A stretch of 64,000 bases of DNA, taken from NCBI GenBank assembly GCA_903930455.1, contig CAIYYT010000235.1:771-64770 (forward strand), written 5' to 3'. How positions within the stretch are numbered: position 1 is the stretch's first letter; each line of letters starts with the position of its first letter. The translations under genes were made by a program, and so were the position numbers. This DNA is from an uncultured bacterium. GTDB lineage: Bacteria > Zixibacteria > MSB-5A5 > CAIYYT01. Below, piece after piece: positions 9,162 to 18,440 of the stretch. The notes beneath the pieces were generated by a model that was not told where the DNA came from, searched no databases, and was given only the letters and a program-made list of their open reading frames with translations.

Positions 9162-10792
9162 TCAAAGACTCCTTCTGGATCGATACCAGCTAGAGGATCG
9201 CGACCAGATTCGGACTGCGGTGGTGGCGTCTGCTCGGACTTTCGCAGACGCGGAATGCCAAACTGCGCTCGTGACCGCTCGATCACTGCTTTCGCGCTTT
9301 CAGAATTCGGCTCTACATCTACCAACGGTACACGCATAGGAAACGTGCTCTGGCCGATCCGGCAGTACGCGTCGCCGACTCGCAGGCGCACGAGCTCCTC
9401 CGGCGGCAGCGGTTCAACATCGTAGTCGTATTGGGTCAGGAATTCGTGCGAGAGACGCGACGCGTCTGCTTGTGATACCTGGAAACTCACCATGGTCGAG
9501 ACATTGCCAAAGATCTCGCGTAAGAGCTCTGGTGGTAACTGGCCAGTCTGTTGGTGAGCCAAGATTAGCCCGAGTCGGTACTTCCGTGCCCGTGACAGAA
9601 TCTTTTCATACGACGTTGACGCAGTGCCACAGAAGTTCTGGAACTCATCCAAATACAGATAGAAGGGACGGCGTTCTCCCTTGGCGACATTTGCCCGACT
9701 CATGGTCGCCGTCTGAAACTTCGACACGATGAGTTGGCCGATCAGCTGGCTGGCGGCTTCCCCGAGGATGCCATCCGATAGGTTGAATAGCAGAATCTTT
9801 CCACTGTCCATGGCCCGGCGAATGTTCAGGAGCCTGTGCTGAGCTTCTTCCTTGGTCAACGTCGTGTGCAAAGGTGGGCAGAGGCAGTTACGGGCGAATT
9901 TTGCCCCGACGATCCTTCCGATACGGTTGGTGATCGGCAGGTGGGATTCCTTCGGGAACTGTGGGTAGACCTGTTTGAAGAATCGCCGCGTGCGGTCGTC
10001 TGCCGTTGTCTCAATAATTTCGTCCCGAAGCTTGGTTTCGTGCCGGTCGAGCAGCGTCTCTATGTCGAGCAGTGTCGACCCCGGCCGCTCGATCAGCGCG
10101 TACAGCGTATGCCGAAGAATCTCATCCATCCGGGGGCCGCCTTCGCCCACAACGCGCTGGAGGATGGTGAAGGTCTCGTCAACGTGCAGGTCCACGTCCT
10201 CACCAGCATCGATATGCAGGGGGTTCAGGACGACTGGACACTCGATATCCGCTGGGTTGAAATAGATGACATCATCAGTGCGGTGTTCCGGAATGAATGG
10301 TAGCAGTTCATCAGTCAGCAATTCATACTCCGGCGCGAGAACCCCGATGCCGTGCCCTGCGTGCATGTCCTGCAAGATCATGTACCGCAGGAAATTCGTC
10401 TTGCCATACCCCGACTTGCCGATGACGTAGGCGTGCTTGTCGCGCAGTTCGTCAGGTAGGATGACCGGCACCCCGTAGTCTGAACCTTGGTATCCAAGCT
10501 CGAGGCCCTGCGTGCTGAACATCTTGCTGGCGATGCGACCTCGTAAGTCCTCAGCGGACATGCCGGAAGCAATCATGGTGCGGAGATCCTCTCGCGAAAC
10601 AACCGAGCGCGCCAAATATCCATAGTTATTGGCGAAGTAACGGACGACGTCCTCGCACTCATCCAAGCGTCGATTCTCTGCTTCGTCTCGCTCTCTTTTC
10701 TCTCTGCGTTGTTGTTCAGCGCTCCGGCTTTGCAGTCGCACCGCTGCAAAAATCAGGATGCCGATCAGGGCGATTCCGAGCAGGATTTCCAA
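9158..10792 (-). CDS. VirD4/TraD/TraG-like type IV coupling protein-family ATPase (N-terminal TM anchor)
   Basis: An N-terminal hydrophobic helix, Walker A GKSGYGKTNFL, and YLYLDEFQNF/ARKYRLGLILAHQ C-terminal motifs typical of T4CP/TraG-D_C. A paralogue lies at 43403-44680. Confidence 0.65.
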   Translation of the reverse strand: MEILLGIALIGILIFAAVRLQSRSAEQQRREKRERDEAENRRLDECEDVVRYFANNYGYLARSVVSREDLRTMIASGMSAEDLRGRIASKMFSTQGLELGYQGSDYGVPVILPDELRDKHAYVIGKSGYGKTNFLRYMILQDMHAGHGIGVLAPEYELLTDELLPFIPEHRTDDVIYFNPADIECPVVLNPLHIDAGEDVDLHVDETFTILQRVVGEGGPRMDEILRHTLYALIERPGSTLLDIETLLDRHETKLRDEIIETTADDRTRRFFKQVYPQFPKESHLPITNRIGRIVGAKFARNCLCPPLHTTLTKEEAQHRLLNIRRAMDSGKILLFNLSDGILGEAASQLIGQLIVSKFQTATMSRANVAKGERRPFYLYLDEFQNFCGTASTSYEKILSRARKYRLGLILAHQQTGQLPPELLREIFGNVSTMVSFQVSQADASRLSHEFLTQYDYDVEPLPPEELVRLRVGDAYCRIGQSTFPMRVPLVDVEPNSESAKAVIERSRAQFGIPRLRKSEQTPPPQSESGRDPLAGIDPEGVFE

Positions 10793-11118
10793 AGGATGCC
10801 TCCCTAATGGGTGTATAGGCAGAGTGTATATCTTCTGTAGATCGGCTGTAGATTGACGTTCTACACCCTTATCGCCACACCCTGATGCCTAAGAGCTACT
10901 TAATTATTCTTTGTTCACCCAACTAAACCCGTCTTTTCGACGGTTGTACCACTGCCGCCTACTTAGGCAGATGATGATATGTCACAATTGCCAGGTTCTT
11001 GTTGACAGAGTTGCTTGAATGCGCGACCTTCACAAGACCTATGGGAGGTAAGTTGCTGTTGGACCTCATGTAATCGTGGAAAAGTACAGACAGATCATTG
11101 AAAGGTGAGGACGCTGGA

Positions 11119-11892
11119 ATGGGAGAGAAACTTAGGATTTTTGTAGAGAGAAATCTCAAGCTAGTGAATCTCATCGTGCTTTTGGTTGGCATTCTTCTCA
11201 TGGTAATTGGATTGCTATTGGGCAAGGCTAGTCCTTCTGTTGCCTTGGTAATGGTAGGTGTTGGGAGCTCGGTCGTGGCAAGCGCTCTTGTTTTCTACCT
11301 CTCCAGCTTTATGTTGGTTCGTCAATTGGAGGTTCAAGATATTGTGTCGGAATGGGGACTTGTAGCGGTCTACAGAACTCGCGCGGAAATGAATCAGAAG
11401 AGTAATCAATATTTGGGAAAGGCTAAGGGTAAGCTGGATATTATCGCATTCGGACTGCGTTCACTGCGCGACAATATGTCCTCTGTAATTGAGGAGAGAG
11501 TCAAGTCGGGTCTCTCGATTAGAATACTGACGATTGACCCCAATTCGACCGTCGTGAGTTTAAGGGAGATAGACGAACAGCAGTCTGACGGATCGATCAA
11601 GAAGACTATCTGTGATCTCGCATCTTGGGTGTCACAAATTCGCGCACATCAGGCGAGTGGCTCTCAGGTGGAGATTAGGTTCTATAATGCGTTGCCTCAG
11701 GATTTCTATTACCGGGTAGACGACCATTTATTTGTCGGCCCGTACCTGTTTGGAAAGACTAGTCAGCAGACTATTTCTTACGAGTTTAGGTCCGGCTCTC
11801 TCGGGTTTGACTATTGGACTGAGTATTTTGATTCATTGTGGTCGAACAGGAATTTCTCGGTGATTCATGAAGAATTCGGCAAAAGTGCGTGA
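11119..11892 (+). CDS. 2TM membrane protein with ~200-aa C-terminal soluble domain of unknown function
   Basis: Two N-terminal hydrophobic helices. An AAAGGTGAGGA RBS precedes ATG 11119 (the ORF track starts at TTG 11098). A distant paralogue lies at 22694-23536. Its 3' end overlaps the radical SAM gene. Confidence 0.55.
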   Translation: MGEKLRIFVERNLKLVNLIVLLVGILLMVIGLLLGKASPSVALVMVGVGSSVVASALVFYLSSFMLVRQLEVQDIVSEWGLVAVYRTRAEMNQKSNQYLGKAKGKLDIIAFGLRSLRDNMSSVIEERVKSGLSIRILTIDPNSTVVSLREIDEQQSDGSIKKTICDLASWVSQIRAHQASGSQVEIRFYNALPQDFYYRVDDHLFVGPYLFGKTSQQTISYEFRSGSLGFDYWTEYFDSLWSNRNFSVIHEEFGKSA

Positions 11893-12832
11893 TAGTGAGA
11901 TCCTCTCTGTGGATCGTCGGACACAAAGTGAGATGTTACCCGAATACTCGGATGGCCGATTTTTCATAAGCCCAGTGTTGGGTTGTTCTGCTCATTGCAG
12001 CTACTGTTATATCTACAGTGAAGGATTTGGGTCCAACGTCTGCAAGAATCCGCTTTCTATTGGGCGACTGATTTCTTGGCTTGAATCTCATGAGCGATTT
12101 CGTCTAGGGCGTAAGGGATCAATACTCTCTGTCGGTGCCTGGGGAGATCCATTTGCTCCTGAGGTTTCTGTTGAGGTGACTCTTGAATTGATTCGCCAAC
12201 TTTCGGCTCTAGGAAATCCCATTCAACTTATTACGAAATACCCTATTACTGAAGATGTACTGGATGCCCTGGCCAAAGTCTCGCTGTATCGGGGCCACTT
12301 GTTGTTTTCAACGTCGATCGTATCCATTACAAACTGGCAATCGATTGATCCGAAAGTATCATCCCCAGAAAATAGATTGAAAATGCTTGCGCGAATGGAA
12401 AACCGCCAAATTCCAACGAACTTGATGATCAAACCATTTCTGCGTGGCATTACTGACATTGACACCGTCATCTTTAAGCGTGAATTGATGCTAAACCGCG
12501 TAACGAGTTGTGTGGTTGGCGTGCTCTATTGGAACGCCAAGATAGCTGAACGAATCTATGGTTCTACTCACGACCATAATACCTTCACGAAGATGCTGAG
12601 GAATCGGATATTGGATCACGGACTCGTCTGTCGACCTGCTTCCATTTACAGAACGTTCTCTGGAGAGGCTATGGATGGGTTTTGTGCTGAGTTGATGGAT
12701 GCTGGTATCCGCGTTTTTAAGAACGCGTCTTGCGTCAGTGCATGGTTGACGGACACAAGACATGTGAGTGGACTAAGGCAATCCGATCCGTTAGGACTCT
12801 GCGTGAATTGCGAAAACGCTGCTTGCCAATAA
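11867..12832 (+). CDS. Radical SAM protein, SplB/COG1533 (DNA photolyase-like) family
   Basis: SPVLGCSAHCSYCYIYS matches the COG1533 CxxxCxxC cluster (PY.GCSHGCIYCYA). An alternative start is ATG 11933. Confidence 0.7.
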   Translation: MKNSAKVRDSEILSVDRRTQSEMLPEYSDGRFFISPVLGCSAHCSYCYIYSEGFGSNVCKNPLSIGRLISWLESHERFRLGRKGSILSVGAWGDPFAPEVSVEVTLELIRQLSALGNPIQLITKYPITEDVLDALAKVSLYRGHLLFSTSIVSITNWQSIDPKVSSPENRLKMLARMENRQIPTNLMIKPFLRGITDIDTVIFKRELMLNRVTSCVVGVLYWNAKIAERIYGSTHDHNTFTKMLRNRILDHGLVCRPASIYRTFSGEAMDGFCAELMDAGIRVFKNASCVSAWLTDTRHVSGLRQSDPLGLCVNCENAACQ

Positions 12833-12901
12833 CTACCGCCTTTGGTATTTTTACGGTTAGAAGGTGAACCGATCACTAAGGACATTTCAAGCAAGAGCTT
12901 T

Positions 12902-13555
12902 ATGCGCAAGACAGATGTGATAAAGAAGACAGTCATTCATGTTCGCAGTCTGCAGCAGCAGGAGAGTACTGGGCACGATTGGTGGCACACCCACAGAGTC
13001 TGGCAGATGGCCAAGAAAATAGGTCGGATAGAGAAAGCCGACCTATTAGTTGTTCAGTTATCTGCGCTGCTGCATGACGTTGCAGACTGGAAATCACACG
13101 AAGGCGACTTCGAAGTTGGTGCCAGGGAGGCACGAACGTGGCTCTCGCGATTCAGTCTTGATCCCAAATGCATTGACCATATCTGCTGGATAGTACAGTC
13201 CATTTCATTCAAAGGTGTTGCCGCCAAACGGAGCGATCTAACGCTCGAAGCGATGGTGGTTCAGGATTCAGATCGATTGGATGCGCTTGGAGCAATCGGA
13301 ATCGCCAGAACATTTGCCTACGGTGGAAGCAAGGGGCGGGCCATATATGATCCAAGTGTTCGTCCAGTGAAGCATAAGACGGTCAAGTCGTATGTCGACA
13401 ATAAGAGTCCATCTATTAACCACTTCTATGAGAAACTTCTGCTTCTGAAGACGCGAATGCATACAGAGACTGCTCGCCGTATTGCTTCGAACCGCGATCA
13501 GATCATTCGTGACTTCTTGAGAGAATTCTACGATGAATGGCGGGGTAGGAAATAA
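12902..13555 (+). CDS. HD-domain phosphohydrolase
   Basis: H..H at WWHTHRV and HD at ALLHDVAD, then DSDRLDALGAIGIAR. The ORF could start earlier at 12842. Confidence 0.75.
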   Translation: MRKTDVIKKTVIHVRSLQQQESTGHDWWHTHRVWQMAKKIGRIEKADLLVVQLSALLHDVADWKSHEGDFEVGAREARTWLSRFSLDPKCIDHICWIVQSISFKGVAAKRSDLTLEAMVVQDSDRLDALGAIGIARTFAYGGSKGRAIYDPSVRPVKHKTVKSYVDNKSPSINHFYEKLLLLKTRMHTETARRIASNRDQIIRDFLREFYDEWRGRK

Positions 13556-13626
13556 ACTCTGATAAGAAATCGTCTCGGCTCACCTCAGATGTGTGCAACA
13601 GTAGGATTCATATATAACCACGCGCA

Positions 13627-14634
13627 TCAATACCGCTGAACAATTTCGCTCCCGCCACCCGGCAGACGAGGGCAGCCCTCATCCGCCGGGCCCGGAGGTT
13701 CCTTAGAGCTAGCATCAGGGTTCTGGTCAGCGCACAGGTGGTGTTCCTGGCGCTGTCGGGAGCGGTAAAAGGAAGGCACAGGCAGCGGGCATGACGATAC
13801 AGGGCCGCCCTGTTCGGAAATGGTTTGCCAATTTGCAGCAAAGAGTTTTTCCGGAGTGCTAAACGAGACCGCAGAGGAATCAGTGCAGGCAATCAGGTCT
13901 GGACACGAGGAGTAGGCACGCAGATTCTGGAGCTTGTGTTTGACATGTTCAAGCCGCTTCTGCGTTGTCGTTACCAGCAGAACTCGAAACGACCGGATAC
14001 CGAATCGTCGTTGGGGAGCTTTCTGCTGCCAGAGCCAGTGGTACCCCGCGCATTTCGCGGCAATGCGTCCCAGATCGGTCGTCCCTCGGTCGATTTCGAG
14101 GAAATAGGTGTATGCGCGCCGTTGATGGTGCAGGGTGAACATAGCGTCAGGGATGATCGGCGTTGTCTGGGTTATTACCGGATATCGCGGCGCCGCAACC
14201 ATCTTCAGTTTCCGCCCCTGCGTCCAGGATGAGAGGTTGAGATCGTTTGCCATGCGCACTGCCAACAGCAGACAGATGCGGAAATCGTTGATCCGTTCGC
14301 TGTGCTCACTGAATGAACCTAGTTTGCTCACTGGGACACGGTCTTGAGATTTAAGGTTAGGCAAAATCCGTTGCCCTCTTCGCGAAAGTGCGTAGAGATA
14401 TTGTGACGATCCCTCGCCGAGCCGCGTCGGTCGTACCACACGAGCCAGCAGGCCGTGCCTCCAGAGTTGCGCAAGTCGCTTGCGCGTTCGGTGGAGCGAC
14501 TGGAAAAACAAATGGCAAACCTGAACAGTTGTGAGCACGCGGTAGTCCCTGAGCGCGCAGAAGAGTTCGCGGTCACGGTCAGTGACTTGAATAGGTCGCA
14601 GCTTGTTCGTCGATGTTTTATTGGGAGACGTCAT
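13627..14634 (-). CDS. Replication-relaxation (Replic_Relax) family protein, second copy
   Basis: FLEIDRGTT motif and an N-terminal wHTH-like region. It is a paralogue of 8277-9161. The C-terminal tail may be over-extended. Confidence 0.6.
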   Translation of the reverse strand: MTSPNKTSTNKLRPIQVTDRDRELFCALRDYRVLTTVQVCHLFFQSLHRTRKRLAQLWRHGLLARVVRPTRLGEGSSQYLYALSRRGQRILPNLKSQDRVPVSKLGSFSEHSERINDFRICLLLAVRMANDLNLSSWTQGRKLKMVAAPRYPVITQTTPIIPDAMFTLHHQRRAYTYFLEIDRGTTDLGRIAAKCAGYHWLWQQKAPQRRFGIRSFRVLLVTTTQKRLEHVKHKLQNLRAYSSCPDLIACTDSSAVSFSTPEKLFAANWQTISEQGGPVSSCPLPVPSFYRSRQRQEHHLCADQNPDASSKEPPGPADEGCPRLPGGGSEIVQRY

Positions 14635-15142
14635 AGGCTGAGAGTTTGCTTTGTTTGGCTATTGCCAGGTATGTGAGCCCCACGGCGACGGCGTCAAACA
14701 TGTTCTGGTAGTATCGCTCGCGCCAACGGCGATTGGAGCCGAAATACGTGCGCAACTCGGGGAATTGTGCGCAGATAGCCTTCGCGATCGCGCGCTTCGT
14801 TGCCCGTCCGTCTCCTGTGACCTCTTTCTTGATAGTGTTGGGTGCGAACTCGTAGACTGTTACACCGTGCCTTCTGGCGATTGCCCTAATCTGTTGAATC
14901 GCGATCATTGCCGGCAGATTCTGTTGAATTTGGGGGAAGTTGTTCGTCGCGATAACAACTATTTCCGGAGTCCTCTCTGTCAGAAGCCGATTCATGGTTT
15001 GCGTGAACACATCTACTGGCCTTCTGTTTGGTCGGCGCATTGATTTCACACCATGATCGACAAGCTCCCTGCCGATAAAGTGCGCAATGCCGATTTCCCG
15101 AAGACCAGGGTCGATGGCAAGTAGGCTAGCTTGGTTCTTCAT
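14618..15142 (-). CDS. RuvC-like Holliday junction resolvase-family nuclease
   Basis: LLAIDPGLREIGIA (D-x-G start), IKKEVTGDGRATKRAIAKAI (compare RuvC KQAVTGYGKADKEQV). Start taken at the internal Met (MKNQASLL); the ORF track begins at 15253. Confidence 0.6.
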   Translation of the reverse strand: MKNQASLLAIDPGLREIGIAHFIGRELVDHGVKSMRRPNRRPVDVFTQTMNRLLTERTPEIVVIATNNFPQIQQNLPAMIAIQQIRAIARRHGVTVYEFAPNTIKKEVTGDGRATKRAIAKAICAQFPELRTYFGSNRRWRERYYQNMFDAVAVGLTYLAIAKQSKLSAYDVSQ

Positions 15143-15452
15143 ATTTGTGAATGAGGTAGATAAATAGAGCGCGGCGAGATTTCTTGATACGCCACGGTGG
15201 CGTCGACTGCGCCGCGCGGAAAGCCCGGTACACGATGGCGTGAGTGTGGGCACTGCAGACCTGACGGTAGAACGATAGACGAACTTCGTCTCCGAACTCT
15301 CTGGCGATTTCCAGCGCGAGCGCGTCAGCCTGAGTTTTGGGGATGAATGGTATTGGTCGAGTACTAGTCATGGGTCTGAGAGGGTTGTGATCGCTGTTTG
15401 GTGAGGATGTCATTACGTATTGAGTCAAAGAGATCGAAGAACAGAATTTCAA
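15126..15452 (-). CDS. Hypothetical small protein
   Basis: ORF only. Start uncertain; internal Met codons are available. Confidence 0.35.
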   Translation of the reverse strand: MKFCSSISLTQYVMTSSPNSDHNPLRPMTSTRPIPFIPKTQADALALEIAREFGDEVRLSFYRQVCSAHTHAIVYRAFRAAQSTPPWRIKKSRRALFIYLIHKYEEPS

Positions 15453-15645
15453 CGGGGCACTTAATGATTGCGGATAGCTTGAGAGCGTTTACCAGCGTAG
15501 GCAGTTTTCGACCCTTTTCCCAATGTGAGAGGTGTGAGACACTTCTTAATCCCACGAGCGGTGCGATCTGACACAGCTTGAGATTCTGCCGTCTGCGATA
15601 GCGACGGATCTGATTCGGGAGGGTTTTGTGTTTGCTCTTTGACAT
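15364..15645 (-). CDS. XRE-family HTH transcriptional regulator
   Basis: QIRRYRRRQNLKLCQIAPLVGLRSVSHLSHWEKGRKLPTLVNALKLSAIIKCPVEILF is a classic HTH_3 pattern. Start taken at the internal Met. A paralogue lies at 20910-21164. Confidence 0.7.
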   Translation of the reverse strand: MSKSKHKTLPNQIRRYRRRQNLKLCQIAPLVGLRSVSHLSHWEKGRKLPTLVNALKLSAIIKCPVEILFFDLFDSIRNDILTKQRSQPSQTHD

Positions 15646-15805
15646 GGATGTAATTGCGTGCGATGTCACTGTATGTGGGGATGAAAATCCGTTCAATTGC
15701 CGAAAGCGGCAACATCGTGTGGATATGAGGGAGGAAAACTGGTGAAACATCCAGTAGAACTGGGCATCCGAACAAAAACCGAACACTGCGAACAAAAAAA
15801 TATCG

Positions 15806-16411
15806 CTACCGCTTGTGCAGGCGTAAAATCGCTGTCACCTTTCCTTGAATCTTCAGGCGCTTCACGAAGATTGGCTTCATGGATGCGTTTGCTGGCTGAA
15901 GGCGGATGCGGGCTTTTTCCTTATACACGCGTTTCAGCGTCGCTGTGTTGTCTTCAAGCAGGGCGACAGCGATTTCACCGTTGTTGACGACTGGCTGGGG
16001 TTTGATGATTACAAGATCACCGTCCATGATGTGATCGTCAATCATGCTGTCCCCTCTAACCTTGAGCGCAAATGCCCCAGGTCTGGCGGCCGACTTTGGC
16101 AATGTTAGCGGATCTTCGGGAATTTGGATTGCCTCAATGGGAGAGCCTGCGGCAATCGCTCCGACCACTGGCACAGATACGAGATTCCCACGGTCAATAG
16201 TATCCTCCAGCAATTGAATCCCTCGCGCTGTCCCGTCAACACGAATCCACCCCTTTCTCTTGAGGGTTGCGAGGTGGTCGTGGACGGTTCCAATTGCAGA
16301 CTTCGTGAGCTTGGTCAAATCGCGGATACTTGGCATGTATCCTCTGAACTTGCTATAGGTCCGAATAGCATCGAGCACCCGCTTTTGCTTGGGGGTGAGA
16401 GGTTGTTCCAT
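15806..16411 (-). CDS. lexA: LexA repressor (S24 peptidase)
   Basis: N-terminal DNA-binding region LTPKQKRVLDAIRTY...GYMPSIRDL. Cleavage site VVGAIAAGSP (Ala-Gly). Catalytic Ser in RGDSM and Lys in ATLKRVYK. Start taken at MEQPL. Confidence 0.85.
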   Translation of the reverse strand: MEQPLTPKQKRVLDAIRTYSKFRGYMPSIRDLTKLTKSAIGTVHDHLATLKRKGWIRVDGTARGIQLLEDTIDRGNLVSVPVVGAIAAGSPIEAIQIPEDPLTLPKSAARPGAFALKVRGDSMIDDHIMDGDLVIIKPQPVVNNGEIAVALLEDNTATLKRVYKEKARIRLQPANASMKPIFVKRLKIQGKVTAILRLHKR

Positions 16412-16555
16412 AGGGAGATTCAGTCTACCGAACGATAGCCGAACGGTCAAGGCGGGGTTATCCACAAGCAATCGCGGCAGTGCCTGAGCGCACCCCGTCG
16501 TTGTCGACGGGATACGCTCACCATGATTCGTTCCGGGTATGGTCCGGCAACGCGA

Positions 16556-17302
16556 CTACTTGAGAAACCAAGTATTGTGCAGGTTCGCAGCGTCAGCCGG
16601 GAGCAGCGTCTCCTCAGTGACCATCTGCGGGAAGGAATCGAAAAGCGACCGCGGAGTGTTTGCGAAAATCCACTCGAAGGTGGCTTTCTTCGTCGGGTTA
16701 TTGGCGGCGTCAACCTCTGTCGTGACGTCGTAGAGGGAGAAGGTGATCGTCTTCGCGGTCACCAGCACTGACTTGGTCGTGTCGCCGCTAAGCTGCGGCA
16801 AGCAGGGTGGCCCCATGATGATCAGGTCGAGCGAGCCCTGCGGCAGGATCACCGCCTTCAAGAGATCATCCTGGGTACGCGTATTCAAGGGCAGGCTCTT
16901 GCCGTCGGCGACGAAGGAAACAAGGCTGCCAGCGAAGCGGAGCACGTGCGTCATGTGGTTGGTGACGTGCAGCTGAAAGGTCAAGCTATCCGGCTTGAAG
17001 AGGTAGCCAGCCGGGTCGTCCGTGATAACGTACTTCACACCGTTTCCGACGCTCACCGAAAACAGTCCTTTCGGCTTCTCCCGTACCGTTTTGTGGTAGA
17101 CAACGTGCCACTCAAAGGGTACAGGCACGAGCTTGATCGTCACCCCATCCTTCGTCTGCTCCCAAGAATAGCCCGCCACGGTGTCGAGGACCACCATCTG
17201 CCCACCGAGCGGAATCTGTTTCGGCGGTTGCTCTTTCTTGCCTCCGAGCAAGAGGAACGCCGAAGTCGCAACAACGACAAGTAGGAGTAGGGACTTCTTC
17301 AT
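16556..17302 (-). CDS. Secreted hypothetical protein
   Basis: Signal peptide MKKSLLLLVVVATSAFLLLGG. No catalytic motif recognised. Confidence 0.55.
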   Translation of the reverse strand: MKKSLLLLVVVATSAFLLLGGKKEQPPKQIPLGGQMVVLDTVAGYSWEQTKDGVTIKLVPVPFEWHVVYHKTVREKPKGLFSVSVGNGVKYVITDDPAGYLFKPDSLTFQLHVTNHMTHVLRFAGSLVSFVADGKSLPLNTRTQDDLLKAVILPQGSLDLIIMGPPCLPQLSGDTTKSVLVTAKTITFSLYDVTTEVDAANNPTKKATFEWIFANTPRSLFDSFPQMVTEETLLPADAANLHNTWFLK

Positions 17303-17399
17303 GCGCGCCTCCCTGCGTCCTGCTTGCGAGACTCGCGTGCGCGGAGTGCCAGCGAACATGCCTTCGGTTCCTGTGCCTGGGTCTGCTCCAACTGTGAGT

Positions 17400-18212
17400 T
17401 CATTCAACCTCCTTCGTGGTTTGTTTCTGCTTCTGCGCTGACGGCTGCACGGAGCACTCCGTCCTGCTACTTATGATTCTTCCGCAATGATGCTGGCGTC
17501 CGGCTAAAGGGATTGTGCCAGTCTGCTGCTGTGGAAATAGTCGCCGCAACGTCACCTCGTAGTTGTGCTGCACGTCGGCGAGACACTCGGTGCCGTACAG
17601 GTCCCACGTCGTCTTCACTGACGCGTGGCCGAGGATCTTCGAGAGCGACTCCACCGATCCGCGAACCTGCTTCCAGTGCCTGGCGAAGCTGTGGCGGAGC
17701 AGGTGGCACGTCACTAATGCGTACTTCGGATTCGGATTGCTCACGCCGGCGCGTACTCCGGCCTGAGCCACGATCCTGTTGACTTGGCGCGCACTGAGCG
17801 CACCACCGGTGCGCGACCGGAAGAGCGTACCTTGCGGTTCCGGCGCAAGGACAACCAGTGCCTCGGCGAGTTCGCGGCGCACCGGGACCTGGCGCGTCTT
17901 ATTCCCTTTTGCGCTTCGAATCACGATCAAGTTCCTCGCTGTATCGACATCACACATCTTCAATGCAGCCGCTTCACAACGCCGCATGCCAGTCTCGACC
18001 AGGAGTTGTATGAGAAGCCGGTCACGCGGACACGACGCTGCCGCGATCAAACGTTCCAGTTCCGCAAGGGAGAGGTGGTACTCCGCGTTCGAGAGCTGGT
18101 GGGTCGCTCTCACGAGCGAACGATTGAAAGGTCTGGTGAACCTGCGGAATACGCCGGTAAGCGACAAAAGCAACCGGCCTATCAAACTACGGGTCGAGGT
18201 CGAGTGTCTCAC
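17400..18212 (-). CDS. Tyrosine recombinase, catalytic domain only (FimB/FimE-like architecture or truncated integrase)
   Basis: HLLRHSFARHWKQVRGSVESLSKILGHASVKTTWDLYG (R..H..R..Y). No core-binding domain. The start codon is GTG at 18210-18212, 3 bp from an inverted repeat. Confidence 0.65.
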   Translation of the reverse strand: MRHSTSTRSLIGRLLLSLTGVFRRFTRPFNRSLVRATHQLSNAEYHLSLAELERLIAAASCPRDRLLIQLLVETGMRRCEAAALKMCDVDTARNLIVIRSAKGNKTRQVPVRRELAEALVVLAPEPQGTLFRSRTGGALSARQVNRIVAQAGVRAGVSNPNPKYALVTCHLLRHSFARHWKQVRGSVESLSKILGHASVKTTWDLYGTECLADVQHNYEVTLRRLFPQQQTGTIPLAGRQHHCGRIISSRTECSVQPSAQKQKQTTKEVE

Positions 18213-18214
18213 TC

Positions 18215-18229
18215 TTGCAGAAGTGGGAC
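18215..18229. repeat. Inverted repeat, left arm (ttgcagaagtgggac)
   Basis: Perfect 15-bp reverse complement of 18426-18440. The 196-bp spacer lies between the two recombinase genes. Confidence 0.8.
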
Positions 18230-18425
18230 ATTGGTTGAAGGGTCTGGGATTCTGTAATGCCGGGGATTTTGCCTGAAGCTGGTTGTTATTCAGATGGATA
18301 GAAGGTTAGGACCGGTGATATTCAGCACACCCTTGACGAACAGTGATGATCTGATAGAGTTGAAGCCAAAGTGGCAAAAGTACCGTAAATGCTTGAAATT
18401 GGAGGAGTTATGCGCAGCTAGAAAC

Positions 18426-18440
18426 GTCCCACTTCTGCAA
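18426..18440. repeat. Inverted repeat, right arm (gtcccacttctgcaa)
   Basis: Perfect reverse complement of 18215-18229. A related direct motif (ggacatt.g..g.ttctgt.aat) follows each arm. Confidence 0.8.

Noticed and set aside
9472-10303. Plus-strand ORFs (9472-9732, 9836-10303, 9975-10265) inside the coupling-protein-like gene
   Set aside because: They are antisense to a 544-aa ORF with clear Walker and TraG-D_C motifs. Their Ser/Arg-rich low-complexity translations look non-genic.
16412-16470. Search for a canonical LexA/SOS box upstream of lexA
   Set aside because: No GAAC-N4-GTTC or CTGT-N8-ACAG palindrome is present. Only a direct CCGAACG repeat was found. It is kept as a low-interest note rather than a feature.
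17467-18276. Cluster of overlapping plus-strand ORFs (17513-17782, 17779-18276, 17784-18257) over the truncated recombinase
   Set aside because: Arg/Ser-rich translations of the reverse frame of a GC-rich gene. The recombinase R-H-R-Y motif on the minus strand explains the region.
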